DNA of 64,000 bases from positions 192,822,001 to 192,886,000 of the forward strand of contig NC_058368.1 of the NCBI RefSeq assembly GCF_018350175.1, given 5' to 3'. Source of the DNA: Felis catus. Taxonomy: Eukaryota. How positions within the stretch are numbered: position 1 is the first letter of the stretch; each line of letters begins with the position of its first letter. Positions 60,144-64,000 of the stretch are shown in pieces. The notes under the pieces are model-generated. The model did no database searches. It worked only from the letters and a program-made list of their open reading frames with translations, and was not told where the DNA came from. The position numbers and the translations under genes were made by a program.

Positions 60144-61222
60144 TAAAACGGGCCTTCGCGTTTTCATTCCCGATTCCATTATTTGTTATGTCACTGGCAC
60201 CAACAGATTAAAGGCTGAATTCACATCCCCAGACCACAGCCTGAAAGAAGGCGCTGGAGTATGAACATATCCCCAGGTAAGTAGCGGCTTCACCACAACT
60301 CCGGTACAGAGGTCTGTTTTAACATACTTTCACTACCTAGGCCTTTTCAATACATGCTTCCAAACCAACTCACAGAACCCCAGGAAATTAAAGTTAGAAA
60401 CCTCCTCACGAAGGATCTATTCCCTGTGTCGCAAATCAGTTTCAACATGCCATTGACTCCACTTGAGCAGCAGTGTCCAGAAACAGGTGGTGTGGGCTTA
60501 GTGGGACAGAGACTGTTTAGCCATGTCTGCCCCGGCCAGGGGAGGGGAGCACCATTATGATAGACATTTCCCTTTCCTCTTCTGAGTATAAGCCTTCAGT
60601 GCACAGTTGAGAGATCCAAGGCCCAAAGAAGTTAAGCCACTCTCCTGAGGTCACACAGTGAGTTTAGGGGTAGGAGAGAGAGAACCCAGGCCCCTGTTCC
60701 CAGGCCTTCCTCAGCTGGGCTCCTTAGGAGACTATCTACCTAGGATGACAGGAGGAATGCAGGGAGCCAGATTTGCTCAGGTAACTCAACAACCCAGCCC
60801 CAGCGGCATCAGGTTTCAGCTGGGCATGCAGACACAGAAGAGATTAATAATATAAAGGGTTCCAGCCCCTCTGCAGAAAATTAAAGAACTCATTCCAAGG
60901 CTACATTTCTAGGGTACTTAACTTTCTGATGGGTAAGGCTCTGCCACCAGGAAGACTGAAAAAAGCGAGGGAAAGGGTATTGATTTCTAGATGTTCCGAG
61001 AATAAAGTTCAGCTCTGACACAATGAGAAAAACTCTTGATACTTGAAAATTAAAGTCATTGGTATTCTATTATCCTACCAATTTCTATTCCACAGTTGCT
61101 ATTATCCAATGAAGTCATTTCTCACTTTCAGATTATGGCTCTGAAATGGGGAGGGACTGCATCACGTTCCCTAACACGGGTGTTTAGTAGCCAGTTCCCA
61201 AGTCTGGAATATGAAACAGACA

Positions 61223-61273
61223 GTAGGATTAAACCAAGATGTTAAACGGTAGGATTAAACAGAGATGTTAAAC
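61223..61273. repeat. Two-copy tandem duplication, period 26
   Basis: gtaggattaaac(ca/ag)agatgttaaac at 61223-61247 and 61249-61273. Confidence 0.9.
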
Positions 61274-64000
61274 AGATTGGGGCTACGAATGAGAGAGACC
61301 CCTACATTAAAATGAAGATAGTTTCAAGACTGGCTTTTCTTGCTTGGTTTTATAACTTTCTGAGGACAAAGCTGTCTGACTAGATGAATGTTGAAGTCCT
61401 GAAAGCATGATGTGTCCTTTATAAATCAACTGCCCCACCCAGCTCCAGAGGTATGCCTAGGATGAGCTAGCATGACAGTCATACAGACTTACTTTCCAGC
61501 AGATGATAAATGCTCTTAACTTGAAACTCTCTATCCTTCAATCCACTGGAGAAGTCCAAGAGTTAAAGGGCTGCTCAAAAAGTGGGTATGTTAGCCCTCA
61601 GACCCACAGGGAATATATTTTGCATTTGGATAAAGTCCTGTCAGCCTTCCCTCCAGGGCCCCTGTGGTTATTTCTACCAGAAAGATCAACGAGGTGTGCT
61701 GGGATAATTCTCAACAATTACAAGAGTGACAAGCTGAGCTCAGAACTGGTCAGCCCTGTCGAGAGAAGCCCTGTGTGCTCAAGAGGCCAGATTTCCCAGA
61801 TAGCAGACTAATGGGTTACGTCCATGTTCCAGTGCACGGGGATGAGGGATGGAACCCCATTGCTCTGAGAAGTCAGCCTCCTCCCTCAAGGCCAGCTGAC
61901 ATTCAGACAAGGGACTGGGGGCCAAGCCCAGTGCTGTGCATCTGCAGGAGAGTGAAACAAAAAGTGGCTGTGTGGAAATTTGGCAGAGTGTTCCTGAAAG
62001 GGAGCAGATGAATGCTGAATCCCACAGCACCTAGCAGAGCTTATCATTGGGGAAACAGCTCCTTTCTGCTACTACCAGAAAGCAAAGGAGTTCCTTCAAA
62101 GCAAGGATAATCCATCGGTACCCACCTCAAACACCACCACACCCCTTCACCCCTTCTTCCTCCTCTGCGTGATATTCCAGAGCAAAAGAAATAAACAAGA
62201 ACTAGACCTTCCCAGATGAGCCTATCTGTCCATCTCAGTTAAGGGCTCTGAGCAGTGCCCAGCTGTTGCTCCCCTCTCTCTGCCCAAAAGGCTGCCTTAC
62301 TCCATCAATTCCCTCTTGCACAAGTGAGTAATTTACTTTGAAAGCTCAGGCCAAACTGGCAGTTAACCTTGACCTTCTCTCTACACATCTGGGTCTATAG
62401 AAAATGAAAATCAGGACGTCTCTGGCATCCACGGCAAATGAAATACGAGGGCTTTCTCCAGGCAGAGGCAGAATGTCAGGAGCTATTTTAGAACTGGCTA
62501 CAGCCATTCCAAAGGAGAGTTAGTGCTCAGGCAGGGCACTCCCCCCTTGACCTGGGGCTGTGTCCAGTGTGGAGCCCCCACAGGAGGGATGCTAAAAGGG
62601 ACCCCTGCCCTCAGGAAAGAAAAAAGACGTGGCCGTTGTACTCCTCACTGATTCACTGATGCTATCACAATGCTGGAGCTGGACCAATAACTACATTTCA
62701 CAGATGGAGAAAAGGAGGCTCAGAGAGGGAGCTGAGAGGTGATCAAGGGCACACACAGCAAGTCAATGGTAGAGTTGAAGACAGAACCCTGACCTCCTGA
62801 CCCTGATGCCAGTACAGGGAAGTGAAGAAAGACTTCATGAAGGAAACACCAATATGCACACAGAATTTAAGGGGAAGAGGTCTAATATGGCTGTCAGGGT
62901 TTGAACCAGGGTGGTGAAAGAGTTGAGGAGCTTAATTTCCAAACAATAAGAGCTACCAAAGAGATGAAGGAGGCCCTCCAGGATGGTTTGCAACAATTAC
63001 CAGAGTGACAGGCTGTACTCAAACTGGTCATCCCGGTAGCAAGCAGCCCTCTGTGCTCAAGCAGCCTGATACTAGGAAGAGAAAGAAAAACATCAACCTC
63101 AAAAGTCAGTCTCTTCCCTTATCCTGCCAAGGATAAGTCAAGTTGGACAGTGATGGACAAATTATCCACCAAATTATGGGGCCAAGGAAATCCTGTAAGA
63201 AAACCTGAAATGTCCCACTGTGTGAAACAGTTCAAGCATGCAAACACTCACTGGCGCCTATCTACCCGGGAGCTGGGGAGGTAGGAGAGCTCTGACAGAG
63301 CTTCTGCTATCAGTCTATATGTACGTGTGACACAACAGACACACACGTGGGGGAGTTCAGAGGAAGCAAGAACAATTAAGGTCCTAGTCTTGTGCAAGAA
63401 ACAACACACCTAGTCAGATTGGACAAGTTCAAGAGGGATCATGTCCCATCTCCAAGAAGGGACAGGGAAGGCACCTGATGTTCCAACCTCAGGGCACCCA
63501 GGCACAAACACCTCTGGGAATTTGGGGAATCCATCCACCAGAATCCCCGCTTCTGGACTCTTGAGAAGGTCAAAGGCAGCAGGCCCCTCAAGAACCAGGA
63601 GTCTCCCCGCGCCCCATGCCCCGCACAGTGCATCCTCCAACAAATCCACAGATCTGGGAAAGAGGGAGGGTGAAAAGGGGGGAGGGTACACAAATGGGGA
63701 GAAGAGGGAGACCTGGTGTCCCACTGAGCAGGGAACACAGAGACCAGCAGGTGAGGGAAAAAGCGGAAAAGACCTGGACGCTAAACAGAAGGACTGGCAG
63801 CTCCTGAAGAAGTAGTCATCTTGGGATACAGGGGTACAGACAGGACCTTCCAAAAGCAAGAGCTGCTGAAAGAGGTAAGGGGATACCAGACATGAAAGGA
63901 AAGGAGAATGGTAACCTACAGTAAGAAACACACCTTCAGACTGAGCAACAGGAGTCTCAGTCTCTAGTTCTGGTTCTGCCTCCGACTGACGTGGGGTCCC

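Noticed and set aside
1..64000. tRNA, miRNA or snoRNA genes, and a named host gene
   Set aside because: tRNA-like A/B boxes belong to SINE heads, no known mature miRNA or snoRNA was recognised, and no coding exon is available to identify the locus.

Overview
Mammalian, carnivore and most likely felid non-coding DNA. It carries 14 Can-SINE/SINEC copies, four with young Felidae-type diagnostic bases. I found no supported protein-coding exon, RNA gene, CRISPR array or prokaryotic feature; the supplied ORFs are spurious or repeat-derived. Much of the window is interspersed repeat: SINEC, MIR, L2, L3/CR1, old L1M fragments, MaLR/ERVL/ERV solo LTRs and hAT/Tigger MITEs. Several repeat-free islands dense in homeodomain motifs look like conserved enhancers. 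Eight of nine LTRs and most L1 bases lie on +, which suggests a large intron of a minus-strand gene. I do not see a novel biological system. The most notable observations are a ~110 bp micro-inversion inside an MLT1A LTR, a perfect 31 bp templated duplication in an ancient L1, multi-layer nested insertions, a splice-signal-rich candidate exon on the minus strand at ~52.1-52.2 kb, and the candidate enhancer cluster. Repeat family names come from recalled consensus sequences rather than a database search. Boundaries of old repeats are approximate (tens of bp).
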